Shown: in pieces, positions 48,514 through 58,400 of the stretch
Position numbering within the stretch: position 1 is the stretch's first letter
Layout: each line of letters begins with the position of its first letter
Source of the DNA: Bacteroidota bacterium
Lineage (GTDB): Bacteria > Bacteroidota > Bacteroidia > NS11-12g > UBA955
Assembly: GCA_030830065.1 (NCBI GenBank)
Contig: JAURNR010000053.1
Span: 8,543-72,542 of the forward strand
Length of the DNA stretch: 64,000 bases
Direction of reading: 5' to 3'
Position numbers and translations under genes: made by a program
Notes under the pieces: generated by a model
Told to the model about the DNA's origin: nothing
The model's input: only the letters and a program-made list of their open reading frames with translations
The model's database searches: none

Positions 48514-49741
48514 AAATTTTATATCGAGACTGATTTTAGCGCTATTTTTTTTTACAGCAGTTGGGAGTATACACGCCCAATCTAGAAAGCAATTAGAAGC
48601 AAAACGTAAACGCGTAGAAAGAGAACTCGCACGTTCTCAAAAAATCCTTAAAACCACTACGAGAAAGAAAAAAGCTACTTTACACCAGCTAACAACTATA
48701 AAAAAGGTTATACAGCAACGCGAGGAGTTGATTAGAAGTATACAAGCAGAGATTATTGCTACAGAAAAAGAAGTTGAATATCGCACAAAACAGCTAGACA
48801 CTTTGAAAACAGAGCTGGAAAACGCCAAAGCCAAACTAAACCAAACTGTAATTAAAGCTTATAAAACACGAAAAAGTGGCCGAGAAATTGCCTTTGTTTT
48901 TTCATCGGACAATCTAAGACAAGCCATACGCCGTTGGAAATATCTCCGAAAGTTATCCGACTACAGGCAATACCAGATTGCTGAAATTTCAGATCAACAG
49001 CAAAAAATCAGTAATGCGATTACATTGCTAAATAGAATCAAGCAAGAAAAAATAATACTTCTTGGCAATAGAGAGTCTGAAAAGAAAAATCTTCAAGGAG
49101 ATATTAAGACAAAAGAGTCAATGGTATCTGAACTTGCTGCAAAAGAAGACGATTTATTAAAGCAAATAAGAGCCAAGCAGCGTCAAATGGCACAATTGAA
49201 TTCTGCAATTAAAAAAGCTATAGAAAAAGAAATTGCCGCGGAGAAACGCAGGCAAGCACGAAGAAATAAAGGAAAAAATAACAACAACAATTCTGCTTCT
49301 GCAATAACTCCTGAGGCAAAAAAGTTAAGTGATCAATTTGAAAAGAATGCGGGGGGACTACCATGGCCATTGAAAACGGGATTTATTTCCCAATCTTTCG
49401 GAACCCATCAACATCCAGAATTTAAGGGTATCCAAATACAAAATAATGGGATCGACATTACCACCAATAAGGGAAATACAGTAAAAGCAGTATTTAACGG
49501 AACTGTAAGTAGTATATTGTCTATTCCTGGTCAGGGTGAAGCTGTTTTATTAAATCATGGAGAGTATTTCACAGTCTATTCGAGATTAGAAACTGTTAGC
49601 GTAAATAAAGGTCAAATCATTAAAACAGGAGATGTTTTAGGAAAGGTAATGACCGATAACGACGGTAAAACCATTCTTCAATTCCAAGTATGGAAAGGTC
49701 AAAATAAGTTAAATCCGCAAAGTTGGATAAAGTCTCGTTAA
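48494..49741 (+). CDS. EnvC-like murein hydrolase activator (coiled coil plus degenerate M23/LytM domain)
   Basis: 415 aa with a signal peptide, about 230 aa of heptad-rich coiled coil and a C-terminal LytM domain. In that domain the metal ligands are replaced (NNGIDI instead of HxGxD, LQFQVW instead of HLHFE), as in EnvC-type activators. Confidence 0.78.
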   Translation: MKNQAFRNFISRLILALFFFTAVGSIHAQSRKQLEAKRKRVERELARSQKILKTTTRKKKATLHQLTTIKKVIQQREELIRSIQAEIIATEKEVEYRTKQLDTLKTELENAKAKLNQTVIKAYKTRKSGREIAFVFSSDNLRQAIRRWKYLRKLSDYRQYQIAEISDQQQKISNAITLLNRIKQEKIILLGNRESEKKNLQGDIKTKESMVSELAAKEDDLLKQIRAKQRQMAQLNSAIKKAIEKEIAAEKRRQARRNKGKNNNNNSASAITPEAKKLSDQFEKNAGGLPWPLKTGFISQSFGTHQHPEFKGIQIQNNGIDITTNKGNTVKAVFNGTVSSILSIPGQGEAVLLNHGEYFTVYSRLETVSVNKGQIIKTGDVLGKVMTDNDGKTILQFQVWKGQNKLNPQSWIKSR

Positions 49742-49746
49742 CTTTG
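49739..49746 (+). promoter_or_regulatory. candidate -7 promoter box TAACTTTG for the 3-hydroxyacyl-CoA dehydrogenase gene
   Basis: Exact TAnnTTTG, 5 nt upstream of ATG 49752. It overlaps the EnvC-like stop codon. Confidence 0.35.
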
Positions 49747-49751
49747 TTGTA

Positions 49752-50597
49752 ATGAAAAAAGTAGCAATTGTTGGAGCCGGCGTAATGGGATCTGGAATCG
49801 CATATGCTAGTGTAACAGCAGGATATGAAGTTATAGTTTATGACTTAAATAAAGAGGTACTTTACAATAGTCAAAAACAAATTAATACTTTGTTTGAAAA
49901 GGGTTTAAATCGGGGAAAGATTACCGAAGATGAAATTACACTTTGCAAAAGCAGATTAAAATATACATCCGAATTCACAGAGATTAAAGCTGATTTTATA
50001 CTTGAGGCAATAGTTGAAAAGCTCGATATTAAAAAGGAATTATTTAAAAATCTTGAAGCACAAAACTCACCAGATTGTATTCTTGCAACAAATACATCTT
50101 CTATCCCAATTACCCAAATTTCTAGAGGTTTGAAATTTCCAAATCGCGTTGTAGGTGTTCATTTCTTCAATCCGGCCCATATCATGAAACTAGTTGAAAT
50201 TATTAAGGGTGCTGCTACAGACAATCTAATTGCTGAAAAAGCATTTAACTGGGCCAACTCTTTAAATAAAACTGCGGTATATGCACAAGATTCGCCTGGC
50301 TTCATCGTTAATAGAGTAGCACGTCATTTTTATGTTGAAAGCTTAAAAGTGCTCGAAGAAAATGTTACTGATTTTAAAACTATCGATCGATTGATAGAAT
50401 CTACTGGATTCAAAATGGGTCCTTTCCGATTGATGGATTTGATAGGCGTTGAAACTAATTATTCTGTAACCTCCTCAATGTATGAGCAATTTGGATTTGA
50501 CTCAAAATTCAGACCCTCAAGAATACAAAAACAAAAGGTAGATGCAGGATTTCATGGACGTAAATCAGGCCGTGGTTTTTATTCCTATGAAGAATAA
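49752..50597 (+). CDS. 3-hydroxybutyryl-CoA / 3-hydroxyacyl-CoA dehydrogenase
   Basis: 281 aa with VAIVGAGVMGSGIA Rossmann, NTSS and HFFNP motifs, and a C-terminal dimerisation domain. Confidence 0.88.
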   Translation: MKKVAIVGAGVMGSGIAYASVTAGYEVIVYDLNKEVLYNSQKQINTLFEKGLNRGKITEDEITLCKSRLKYTSEFTEIKADFILEAIVEKLDIKKELFKNLEAQNSPDCILATNTSSIPITQISRGLKFPNRVVGVHFFNPAHIMKLVEIIKGAATDNLIAEKAFNWANSLNKTAVYAQDSPGFIVNRVARHFYVESLKVLEENVTDFKTIDRLIESTGFKMGPFRLMDLIGVETNYSVTSSMYEQFGFDSKFRPSRIQKQKVDAGFHGRKSGRGFYSYEE

Positions 50598-51051
50598 GAT
50601 TAAGCATATTGGATCTTGGCTTTTTGCACTATCGTTGCTTTGTTTTAGTTGTAATGACTCGCAACAAGTAACTGAAAATATCCCCAGAGGTTTAGTGAAT
50701 TTATATATAGACCTAAATCTGGCAAGCTATCAACACTTAAATAATGTGGGAACTCATGCTTATTTAGAAGGAGGTGTTAAAGGCGTTTTAGTCATTCATG
50801 ATTATGATGATCAATGGTATGCTTTTGAGCGCACTTGTGCTTATAACCCTACCAAAAACTGTTCTCAAATTTGGGTTGATTCAATTAATATTCAATTAAT
50901 GTGTGGTGAATACTTAAACACGTCGGATTTTAAACCCTGTTGTGAAAGCACGTACACTTACAGTGGCTTTCCGCTGAAAGGTCCTGCTCAGGGAAGATTA
51001 GCTCAATATTACATTAGCCGAACAGGCAATATCATTCAAGTTTATAACTGA
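50587..51051 (+). CDS. hypothetical Cys-rich lipoprotein
   Basis: I prefer ATG 50587 (MKNKIKHIGSWLFALSLLCFSCNDS, lipobox) to the ORF-track start at 50542, which overlaps the upstream gene. I cannot name a family, and no Rieske His ligands are seen. Confidence 0.5.
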   Translation: MKNKIKHIGSWLFALSLLCFSCNDSQQVTENIPRGLVNLYIDLNLASYQHLNNVGTHAYLEGGVKGVLVIHDYDDQWYAFERTCAYNPTKNCSQIWVDSINIQLMCGEYLNTSDFKPCCESTYTYSGFPLKGPAQGRLAQYYISRTGNIIQVYN

Positions 51052-51141
51052 TTATTTTTTGAATTTCGATATTATTAAAGCCACATTTCAATTAGAATGT
51101 GCAAAATTTCTTGAAAAACTTTTTTTTCAGATGGAGTTTCT

Positions 51142-51149
51142 TATATTTG
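51142..51149 (+). promoter_or_regulatory. candidate -7 promoter box TATATTTG for ompA-family gene
   Basis: Exact TAnnTTTG, 47 nt upstream of ATG 51197 (a conventional leader). Confidence 0.35.
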
Positions 51150-51196
51150 TCAATCACTAAATATATCTATCAACACACAATTAAATCGGACGGAAT

Positions 51197-52840
51197 ATGA
51201 TTAAAAACTACCTTAAAACCACATTGCTTTCTGCATGTGCTCTAGCAACGGCCTCTACTACTTGGGCACAAGCTCCTGGAACGCATAGTTTAGAGGCTAG
51301 CTTTGGACTAAGAGAGTATTTGGGTGACATGGGTTCATCCTTGTTTTTTGCGAGAAAACCAATCTACCAAGGCGGTGGTCTTACATTCGCTTATTATTTA
51401 AGCCCTTCAATTGATGCAACGGCAAGCCTTACTATGGGTGATGTTGGATTTACACAAGACATTAGAAACTTCGTTCAAATGAATGATATTCTTTACAGAA
51501 GTTTCAGAGCTAATACTACCGACTTCACTATTGGTGCGCGTTACAAATTAAATAATGGTCTTCTTTTATCTGAAGATTCTCGTTTTGCACCTTACGTATA
51601 TGGTGGTGTAGGATTATATTATGTTCATTCTACGATTAGATGGGGCGAGTACCCTTACACGGCTGCTCAGCATTGGGATGATTCCATTGGTGGTTATAAA
51701 GAAGTTAAAAACACCGTTACTGACTTAGGAGCTGCATTCCAAGGTGGCTTAGGTTTCAAGTTCTTTATAAATGATGCATTAGCTTTACAGTGGAGTTATA
51801 CTATGACATATACTTGGAACGACCGTTGGGACGGAGCAAACCGTGCAGATCCTAACCCAACACAAGACTTAGTTCATGGTCTATGGAGAACGAACGATAT
51901 GTGGGGTTACCATTCTATAGGTGTTTCTTACGCTATTGGTGAGAGTATGGGTGGTGGACCTAGAAAACTTCGTGACTCAGACGAAGATGGTGTTCCAAAC
52001 AAATACGATAAATGTAAAAAGACTCCTGAAAAATACAGAAGATTTGTTGATAGCCTAGGTTGTCCTGCGGATACTGATAACGACGGTATCTTAGATGCCG
52101 ATGATGATTGTATGGAATTAGCAGGATTGCCAGAATTCAAAGGTTGCCCTGATACTGACAACGATAGCATCCCAGACAAATTAGATGCTTGTCCTACCGA
52201 GAAAGGATTAATTAAATTCAACGGTTGCCCTGACAGCGATGGTGATGGTGTGGCTGATAAAGATGATCGTTGTCCTGCTGTTGCCGGTCCAGTTGCTCTA
52301 AAAGGTTGTCCTGATACTGACGGTGATGGTGTTGCTGATATCGATGATAAGTGTGTGGATAAACCTGGTACTATTGAAAGTGAGGGTTGTCCTGACAGCG
52401 ATGGTGATGGTGTATTTGATAACGTCGACCGTTGTGTAGATAAACCTGGAACTGCTGAGACTAAAGGTTGTCCAGTAATTGAAGAAACCGTTATTGCTGC
52501 AATTAAAAAGTCGGCTGATGGAATCTATTTCGATAACGGTAAAGCAACTTTAAAATCGGCTTCATTCCGTAACTTAGATAAGTTAGTAGATATCTTAAAT
52601 GAATATCCTGAAGCATTCGTTGAAATTCAAGGTCATACTGATAATGTAGGTGGAGCGGATGCAAACAAAAAGCTAAGCCAAGAAAGAGCAGATGCGGTTG
52701 CAGAGTACTTGAAAGGTAAAGGTTTTGATGCAAATAGACTGAAGTCTGTGGGATATGGTCAAGAAATGCCAATTGCAAATAACTCAACAAGAAGCGGAAG
52801 ATCTAAGAACCGACGCGTAGAGTTTAAATTAACATATTAA
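51197..52840 (+). CDS. OmpA-family outer-membrane protein with thrombospondin type 3 calcium-binding repeats
   Basis: 547 aa with a signal peptide, an N-terminal beta-barrel-like region and repeated DxDxDGxxDxxDxC units. The C-terminal OmpA domain has HTDNVGGADANKKLSQERADAV and NRRVEF. Confidence 0.9.
   Translation: MIKNYLKTTLLSACALATASTTWAQAPGTHSLEASFGLREYLGDMGSSLFFARKPIYQGGGLTFAYYLSPSIDATASLTMGDVGFTQDIRNFVQMNDILYRSFRANTTDFTIGARYKLNNGLLLSEDSRFAPYVYGGVGLYYVHSTIRWGEYPYTAAQHWDDSIGGYKEVKNTVTDLGAAFQGGLGFKFFINDALALQWSYTMTYTWNDRWDGANRADPNPTQDLVHGLWRTNDMWGYHSIGVSYAIGESMGGGPRKLRDSDEDGVPNKYDKCKKTPEKYRRFVDSLGCPADTDNDGILDADDDCMELAGLPEFKGCPDTDNDSIPDKLDACPTEKGLIKFNGCPDSDGDGVADKDDRCPAVAGPVALKGCPDTDGDGVADIDDKCVDKPGTIESEGCPDSDGDGVFDNVDRCVDKPGTAETKGCPVIEETVIAAIKKSADGIYFDNGKATLKSASFRNLDKLVDILNEYPEAFVEIQGHTDNVGGADANKKLSQERADAVAEYLKGKGFDANRLKSVGYGQEMPIANNSTRSGRSKNRRVEFKLTY
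51974..52474 (+). repeat. in-frame tandem TSP3-type repeats inside the ompA-family gene
   Basis: About 7 units are visible at DNA level (GGTTG(C/T)CCTGA(T/C)A(C/G)(T/C)GA(C/T)...GATGGTG...), encoding GCPD(T/S)D(N/G)DG(V/I)xDxxDxC. This is coding sequence, not a CRISPR array. Confidence 0.8.
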
Positions 52841-52863
52841 ACCAAACTAAAGCATAAATAAAG

Positions 52864-52895
52864 TAGGGGACTCTTCGAGTTCCCTATTTTTTTTT
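52864..52895 (+). terminator. strong intrinsic terminator after the ompA-family gene
   Basis: A 10-bp stem (TAGGGGACTC-ttc-GAGTTCCCTA, one G-T pair) followed by T9. Confidence 0.75.
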
Positions 52896-52937
52896 GTCCA
52901 TTCATCAATTCAATTTAACTAAGCAATCAATAAATAC

Positions 52938-52945
52938 TAAATTTG
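52938..52945 (+). promoter_or_regulatory. candidate -7 promoter box TAAATTTG for the acetyltransferase-galE pair
   Basis: Exact TAnnTTTG, 4 nt upstream of ATG 52950. Confidence 0.4.
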
Positions 52946-52949
52946 AGAA

Positions 52950-53537
52950 ATGAGTAGTTTCTTTGTTCATGAAACATCAATAATTGATGTGGGTGCAAAA
53001 ATTGGTAAAGACACCAAAATTTGGCATTTCTCACATATTATGTCTAAGGCTGTTATTGGGGAAAAATGTAATATTGGACAAAATGTATACATCGACAATA
53101 ATGTAAAAATTGGAACTGGCGTAAAGATTCAAAATAATGTTAGTGTTTATGCTAATGTTGAAGTCGAGGATGACTGTTTTTTGGGGCCATCAATGGTGTT
53201 TACCAATGTTGTAAATCCAAGAGCTTTTGTAGAAAGAAAAAATGAGTTTAAAAATACTCTGGTAAAACGCGGATGCAGTATTGGTGCTAATGCCACAATT
53301 ATATGCGGTATAACACTAGGAGAATATTCATTTGTTGGTGCCGGAACATTAGTAAACAAAGATATACCACCATATGCTATGGTTGTTGGTGTACCGATGA
53401 GGACAATAGGTTGGATTAGTAAAAACGGGCAAAAATTAAGCTTCAATGAGGATGGTATAGGGATCTGTTCAATAACAAAAGAAAAATATAAAATTATTGG
53501 AGAGAGTAAAGTTATTTGTTTAGAAGATGAAAAATAA
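52950..53537 (+). CDS. left-handed beta-helix sugar N-acetyltransferase (WbpD/WlbB-like)
   Basis: 195 aa. FVHETSIIDVGAKIGKDTKIWHFSHI and hexapeptide repeats throughout resemble UDP-aminosugar N-acetyltransferases. Confidence 0.75.
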   Translation: MSSFFVHETSIIDVGAKIGKDTKIWHFSHIMSKAVIGEKCNIGQNVYIDNNVKIGTGVKIQNNVSVYANVEVEDDCFLGPSMVFTNVVNPRAFVERKNEFKNTLVKRGCSIGANATIICGITLGEYSFVGAGTLVNKDIPPYAMVVGVPMRTIGWISKNGQKLSFNEDGIGICSITKEKYKIIGESKVICLEDEK

Positions 53538-54552
53538 AGTTTTAGTAACCGGAGGGTTAGGTTTTATAGGGTCACATACAGCAGTATGTTTATATGAGGC
53601 GGGATTTGAACCAATTATTGTAGATAATCTAAGTAATTCTAAAATAAGCGCCCTACACGGTATCCAAGAGTTAATAGGTTATAAACCTTCATTCTATCAA
53701 AATGATATTTCTAATATTCCGGCACTTACTAAAATTTTCGAAGAACACAAAATTGACGCGGTTATTCACTTTGCAGCGTACAAAGCCGTTGGAGAATCTG
53801 TAGAATTTCCTTTAAAATATTACCAAAACAATATTGGTGGCTTACTCGCAGTACTCGAAACCATGAAGGCTTTTAATGTTAATTCAGTTGTGTTCTCAAG
53901 CAGCTGTACCGTTTATGGTGAACCAGATCAAGTACCTGTGATGGAAGTTACACCAATGAAAGAAGCAGAATCACCATATGGTGCTACAAAACAAATGGGT
54001 GAGCGCATATTAAATGACAATACCAACTGGTGTAATACCCAATGCTTACGATATTTTAATCCTGTTGGTGCTCATCCTTCTGGAAAGATTGGTGAATTAC
54101 CTCTTGGCATTCCAAATAATTTAATTCCATATCTAACACAAACGGCTGCAGGTATAAGAAAAGAACTCACAGTTTTTGGAGATAAATATAACACCCCAGA
54201 TGGAACATGTATTAGGGATTATATTCATGTAATGGATTTAGCAGAAGCACATGTTAAAGCAGTTGAGAGATTAATAGAAAATAAGCAAGAAGAGGCTTTT
54301 GAAGTTTTTAATATTGGTACTGGAACAGGAAGCAGCGTTCTAGAAGTGATTAAAACATTTGAAGACGTTAACCAAATTAATGTCCCATATAAGATAGGCC
54401 CTAGACGTTCAGGTGATGTTGTACAAGTTTGGGCAGAAACCACTAAAGTGGAGCAAGTTCTGGGTTGGAAGGCTCAACGAGATCTAAGCACTATGATGAA
54501 AGATGCATGGAATTGGCAACTTGAGCTAAGTAAGAAAACCTTTAATAATTGA
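53527..54552 (+). CDS. galE: UDP-glucose 4-epimerase
   Basis: 341 aa with VLVTGGLGFIGSH, YGATKQMGE (YxxxK) and full-length GalE resemblance. It overlaps the upstream gene by 11 nt. Confidence 0.9.
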   Translation: MKNKVLVTGGLGFIGSHTAVCLYEAGFEPIIVDNLSNSKISALHGIQELIGYKPSFYQNDISNIPALTKIFEEHKIDAVIHFAAYKAVGESVEFPLKYYQNNIGGLLAVLETMKAFNVNSVVFSSSCTVYGEPDQVPVMEVTPMKEAESPYGATKQMGERILNDNTNWCNTQCLRYFNPVGAHPSGKIGELPLGIPNNLIPYLTQTAAGIRKELTVFGDKYNTPDGTCIRDYIHVMDLAEAHVKAVERLIENKQEEAFEVFNIGTGTGSSVLEVIKTFEDVNQINVPYKIGPRRSGDVVQVWAETTKVEQVLGWKAQRDLSTMMKDAWNWQLELSKKTFNN

Positions 54553-56103
54553 TACCAAACAGAGGGTAAGTAAACTAATTATTAGAATCAAAGAATCACC
54601 TAATTTTGAATAGAGGGTTCTATTTTTATTTGCATAAATTGTTTGTTGAACACATGTTTTTTGATACCAATCAGTATTTTGGTATGTATTACCCAAAGGA
54701 TCTATAAATCCACTTATTCCAGTATTTGCTGATCTTGCCAACCATTTTCTCTGCTCTATGCAACGTAAAATAGAATATGAGAAATGCTGTTTATACCCAG
54801 GAGTATTATTCCACCATGCATCATTTGTGATTACGCCGAGCCATTGTGCACCATCTTTAATAAATTCATTTACATAATCTCCATAAATGCTTTCGTAACA
54901 AATTATTGGTGCTATTTGATTCGAACTACCTAATGCCTTGGCACTATCCATAACACCTAAGCTCCCAGTTATACTATTTTCATCCAGAGATAATGCCAAC
55001 TTTTCCAAAAAAGGAAACGTTTGAATGAATGGCATTTGCTCCGTACCAGGCACTAATTTGCTCTTATGGTAATAATCTAGAGATAAATTGGTATCCACAA
55101 ATAAAGCTGAATTATATATGTTATACCATAGGTTATCATCATAGGCCGTTTTTCTGGCACTCCTATTTGGTTTTATCCTTGAATGATAATATTCAACCCC
55201 TGTCATACCCGTTACTAATTTTAATTTTGGCGTTTTACTATTAAGCAAACGATCAATAAAACTAAGTCTTTGCGTATGACTTAAATCACTGATATTCAGA
55301 CTTTGGGCGAGCGCAGTTTCAGGCCATAAGAGCCAATCGGTAGTTGAATCAATACAACTCAAGGAAATGTTCACCATTTCGTTGTTTAATTCTTTTGAAG
55401 ATCTTACAAACTTCTCGTTCCATGGGTCAAAACTTGGTTGCAATACTGCAACCTTTAGGGGCTTTCCTTCATTTATATTAGTTCTATATCTAAGACTAAA
55501 CGATAAAATAAAAACTAAACCCACAACGGAAAAACCACATAAAAGGTACCTCTTACTACTGCTTTGAAAAAATGCAAATAATAAGAAGTTCAATATTAAT
55601 GTTAGCAGCGTACCTCCTTGAGTGCCAGTATACTCATACCATTGAACCATAGAGGGCATACCAGAATATCCATTACCCAATGCTAACCATGGCCAACTTA
55701 AATCCCACCTGTGATGGCCAAATTCATACAACATCCAAAATCCAATAAATAACAGCCCTCTATTAGCCCAATTCCATATGATGTTATATCGAAAAGATAT
55801 AAAAGGAAGCAGCATAAATAAAGAGTTTAAAATCAACATAGAAACCGCACCTGACGGCGACGCAAAATAAACCCACCAGGTGGTTAACAAATTCCAAAAG
55901 AATAAAGCCAGATATAAAACACCATAATACTTCAAGCGTTTAGCATGTTGAAATCGCTGTACAAGTATTATTAAAGGTACAAATGCAATCCAAAGTAATG
56001 GCGTAATTGATATTGGCACCCAAGCCAAGAGAAACAATAATCCTGGAGCTATAATTAGCAGCCAGGTTGGCCAGTTACTCGGATTCCATTTTGCGTTTTG
56101 CAT
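54526..56103 (-). CDS. lnt: apolipoprotein N-acyltransferase
   Basis: 525 aa. An N-terminal 7-8 TM domain is followed by a C-terminal CN-hydrolase domain with the catalytic Cys context APIICYESIYG. Confidence 0.85.
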   Translation of the reverse strand: MQNAKWNPSNWPTWLLIIAPGLLFLLAWVPISITPLLWIAFVPLIILVQRFQHAKRLKYYGVLYLALFFWNLLTTWWVYFASPSGAVSMLILNSLFMLLPFISFRYNIIWNWANRGLLFIGFWMLYEFGHHRWDLSWPWLALGNGYSGMPSMVQWYEYTGTQGGTLLTLILNFLLFAFFQSSSKRYLLCGFSVVGLVFILSFSLRYRTNINEGKPLKVAVLQPSFDPWNEKFVRSSKELNNEMVNISLSCIDSTTDWLLWPETALAQSLNISDLSHTQRLSFIDRLLNSKTPKLKLVTGMTGVEYYHSRIKPNRSARKTAYDDNLWYNIYNSALFVDTNLSLDYYHKSKLVPGTEQMPFIQTFPFLEKLALSLDENSITGSLGVMDSAKALGSSNQIAPIICYESIYGDYVNEFIKDGAQWLGVITNDAWWNNTPGYKQHFSYSILRCIEQRKWLARSANTGISGFIDPLGNTYQNTDWYQKTCVQQTIYANKNRTLYSKLGDSLILIISLLTLCLVSIIKGFLT

Positions 56104-56788
56104 ATTCTTCAGAATAATGTTTTCCCTCCAAAACTACCACAAATTCACCTTTTGGACTATGATTCTCAAAATGACTAATAACGCTTGTTAATGTACCTGT
56201 CACCGTTTCTTCATATAGCTTTGTAATTTCTCTTGAAATACTAATTCTTCTATTTTCTGTAGCAACTTCGCGAAAAGCTGCTAATGTTTTCAAAATTTTA
56301 TGAGGACTTTCATAAAATACAATAGTGATATCGGAATCAGCCCATTCTAATATTTTAGTTTGACGACCTTTTTTAGATGGAAGAAATCCTTCAAATGTAA
56401 ATCGGTGAAGCGCAAAACCACTTTTTATAAGGGCAGGTATAAATGCCGTTGCACCAGGAATTACATCAACCAAAATATCATTTTCTAATGCCTCACGTAC
56501 TAATAAATAACCAGGATCTGATATGGCCGGTGTACCAGCATCAGAAATTAAAGCAATATGTTGTCCTTCTGTAATTTGTTCTATTAATCTAACTACTTTG
56601 CTATGTTCGTTATGTAAATGATAACTCTCTAAGGGAGTATTGATTTCATAATGGTTTAATAATTTCTTTGAGGTACGTGTGTCTTCAGCAACAATCTTAT
56701 TTGCTTCTTTTAATACTTCGACAGCTCGAAATGAGAAATCGCCAAGATTTCCAATTGGAGTTGCTACTACGCTTAACTTACCCGCCAC
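56075..56788 (-). CDS. rsmI: 16S rRNA (cytidine1402-2'-O)-methyltransferase
   Basis: 237 aa. LSVVATPIGNLGDFSFRAVEVLKEANKIVAEDTR is the typical RsmI N-terminus. GTG start. Confidence 0.9.
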   Translation of the reverse strand: MAGKLSVVATPIGNLGDFSFRAVEVLKEANKIVAEDTRTSKKLLNHYEINTPLESYHLHNEHSKVVRLIEQITEGQHIALISDAGTPAISDPGYLLVREALENDILVDVIPGATAFIPALIKSGFALHRFTFEGFLPSKKGRQTKILEWADSDITIVFYESPHKILKTLAAFREVATENRRISISREITKLYEETVTGTLTSVISHFENHSPKGEFVVVLEGKHYSEEYAKRKMESE

Positions 56789-56792
56789 GAAT

Positions 56793-56800
56793 CAAAAGTA
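56793..56800 (-). promoter_or_regulatory. candidate -7 promoter box TACTTTTG for rsmI-lnt
   Basis: Exact TAnnTTTG on the minus strand, 4 nt upstream of the GTG start (56788) and just downstream of the rny terminator. Confidence 0.4.
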
Positions 56801-56813
56801 CTATGGTAAAGGC

Positions 56814-56841
56814 AAATAAAAAAGGCCGGTTAACCGGCCTT
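56814..56841 (-). terminator. intrinsic terminator after rny
   Basis: Palindrome AAGGCCGG-ttaa-CCGGCCTT, followed on the minus strand by TTTTTTATTT. Confidence 0.7.
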
Positions 56842-56861
56842 ATGTTATTGTTTTTAATTTG

Positions 56862-58400
56862 TTATTTAGCTACACCGACTGATCTCTTTTCACGGATAAC
56901 CGTGATTTTAACTTGGCCAGGATAGCGCATTTCAGTCATAATGCGATTTGATAGTTCAAATGCTAGAGTATCAGCTTGGTCGTCATTTGTCTTCTCTGCA
57001 CCCATAATAATTCTTAACTCACGTCCTGCTTGAATCGCAAATGCCTTTTCTACACCGGGATAGCTCAATGCCATATTTTCCATTTCCTTGATACGCTCAA
57101 CATATTGATCATCACCTCTACGAGCACCTGGTCTTGAACCACTAATAGCATCACATGCTTGAATAACAGGGCTTAATAGGCTAGTCATTTCAATCTCATC
57201 GTGGTGAGCACCTACTGCATTACATACTTCAGGATGTTCTCCAAATTTCTCACAAAGTTTCATACCCAACAATGCGTGTGGTGTTTCTTCATCGTTGTCT
57301 GGGCACTTACCAATGTCGTGAAGTAATCCTGCGCGTTTTGCTAATTTAACATTCAAACCCATTTCTGCTGCCATAGTTGCACATAAACGCGCAACTTCTC
57401 TGCTGTGTTTCAAAAGGTTTTGTCCGTAAGAACTTCTAAAACGCATTCTCCCTACATAGCGAATCAATTCCGGGTGCAACCCTGTAATTCCTAAGTCAAC
57501 CACTGTTCTTTCTCCCCATTCAATAACCTCTTCTTCAATTTGTTTTTTAGTTTTTTCTACAACCTCTTCTATTCGCGCGGGATGTATTCTACCGTCACGA
57601 ATAAGACGCTCTAAAGCTACCCGAGCCACTTCCCTTCGAATTGGGTCATAACAACTTAATACGATGGTTTCAGGTGTGTCGTCAATTAAGATTTCAACTC
57701 CAGTTGCTGCTTCAAATGCTTTAATATTTCTACCCTCTCTTCCAATTATTCTACCTTTTACATCATCAGACTCAAGGGGAAAAGCAGTAACAGTGTTATC
57801 AATTGCTAATTCTGCAGCAGTTCTTTGAATAGTCTGTAAAACAATTCGTTTTGCTTCTCTTGTAGCACCAAGTTTAGCTTCTTCAACAATCGTTTTGGCA
57901 AGAGTTAAACCTTCAGTATGCATTTTAGCCTTAATGGTTTCCATCATTTTTTCTTTGGCCTCGTCTTGTGACAAACCAGAAATACTTTCAAGCTGTTTGA
58001 TTTGTTGTTCACGTAATTCGCCTATTTCTTTCTCTCGGTTTTTGTAGGACTCAATCTGAACATCTAATCTTTCCGATCTTTTGGAAGCCTCTTCTTCTTT
58101 TTGATTAAGGTTTTTGATTTTGTCGTCTAAAGATTGTTCTTTTTGTCTTAATCTATTTTCAGAATTAGACAATTCTTGGTTTCTTTTATTTGCTTCCTTC
58201 TCATACTCTGAACGAAGTTGCATATACTTTTCTTTGGCCTCAAGGATTCTATCCTTTTTTAAGTTCTCACCTTGAGATTTGGCCTCCTCAAGAATTCTCT
58301 CTTTCTCTTTTTCTAGTTGCTTTTTTCTTGAAGCAACAAACAATACATAGCCTAGCACTATTCCTGCTACAAGGCCTGCAATAATTAATAATAATTCCAT
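56862..58400 (-). CDS. rny: ribonuclease Y
   Basis: 512 aa with an N-terminal TM helix, a coiled coil, a KH domain (GRIIGREGRNIKAFE) and an HD domain (LLHDIGK...GAHH). Confidence 0.93.
   Translation of the reverse strand: MELLLIIAGLVAGIVLGYVLFVASRKKQLEKEKERILEEAKSQGENLKKDRILEAKEKYMQLRSEYEKEANKRNQELSNSENRLRQKEQSLDDKIKNLNQKEEEASKRSERLDVQIESYKNREKEIGELREQQIKQLESISGLSQDEAKEKMMETIKAKMHTEGLTLAKTIVEEAKLGATREAKRIVLQTIQRTAAELAIDNTVTAFPLESDDVKGRIIGREGRNIKAFEAATGVEILIDDTPETIVLSCYDPIRREVARVALERLIRDGRIHPARIEEVVEKTKKQIEEEVIEWGERTVVDLGITGLHPELIRYVGRMRFRSSYGQNLLKHSREVARLCATMAAEMGLNVKLAKRAGLLHDIGKCPDNDEETPHALLGMKLCEKFGEHPEVCNAVGAHHDEIEMTSLLSPVIQACDAISGSRPGARRGDDQYVERIKEMENMALSYPGVEKAFAIQAGRELRIIMGAEKTNDDQADTLAFELSNRIMTEMRYPGQVKITVIREKRSVGVAK

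Noticed and set aside
51974-52474. A regularly spaced DNA repeat that could be mistaken for a CRISPR-like or other non-coding tandem array.
   Set aside because: The repeats are in frame within the ompA-family gene. They encode thrombospondin type 3 calcium-binding units (DxDxDGxxDxxDxC). There are no unique spacers and no cas genes.
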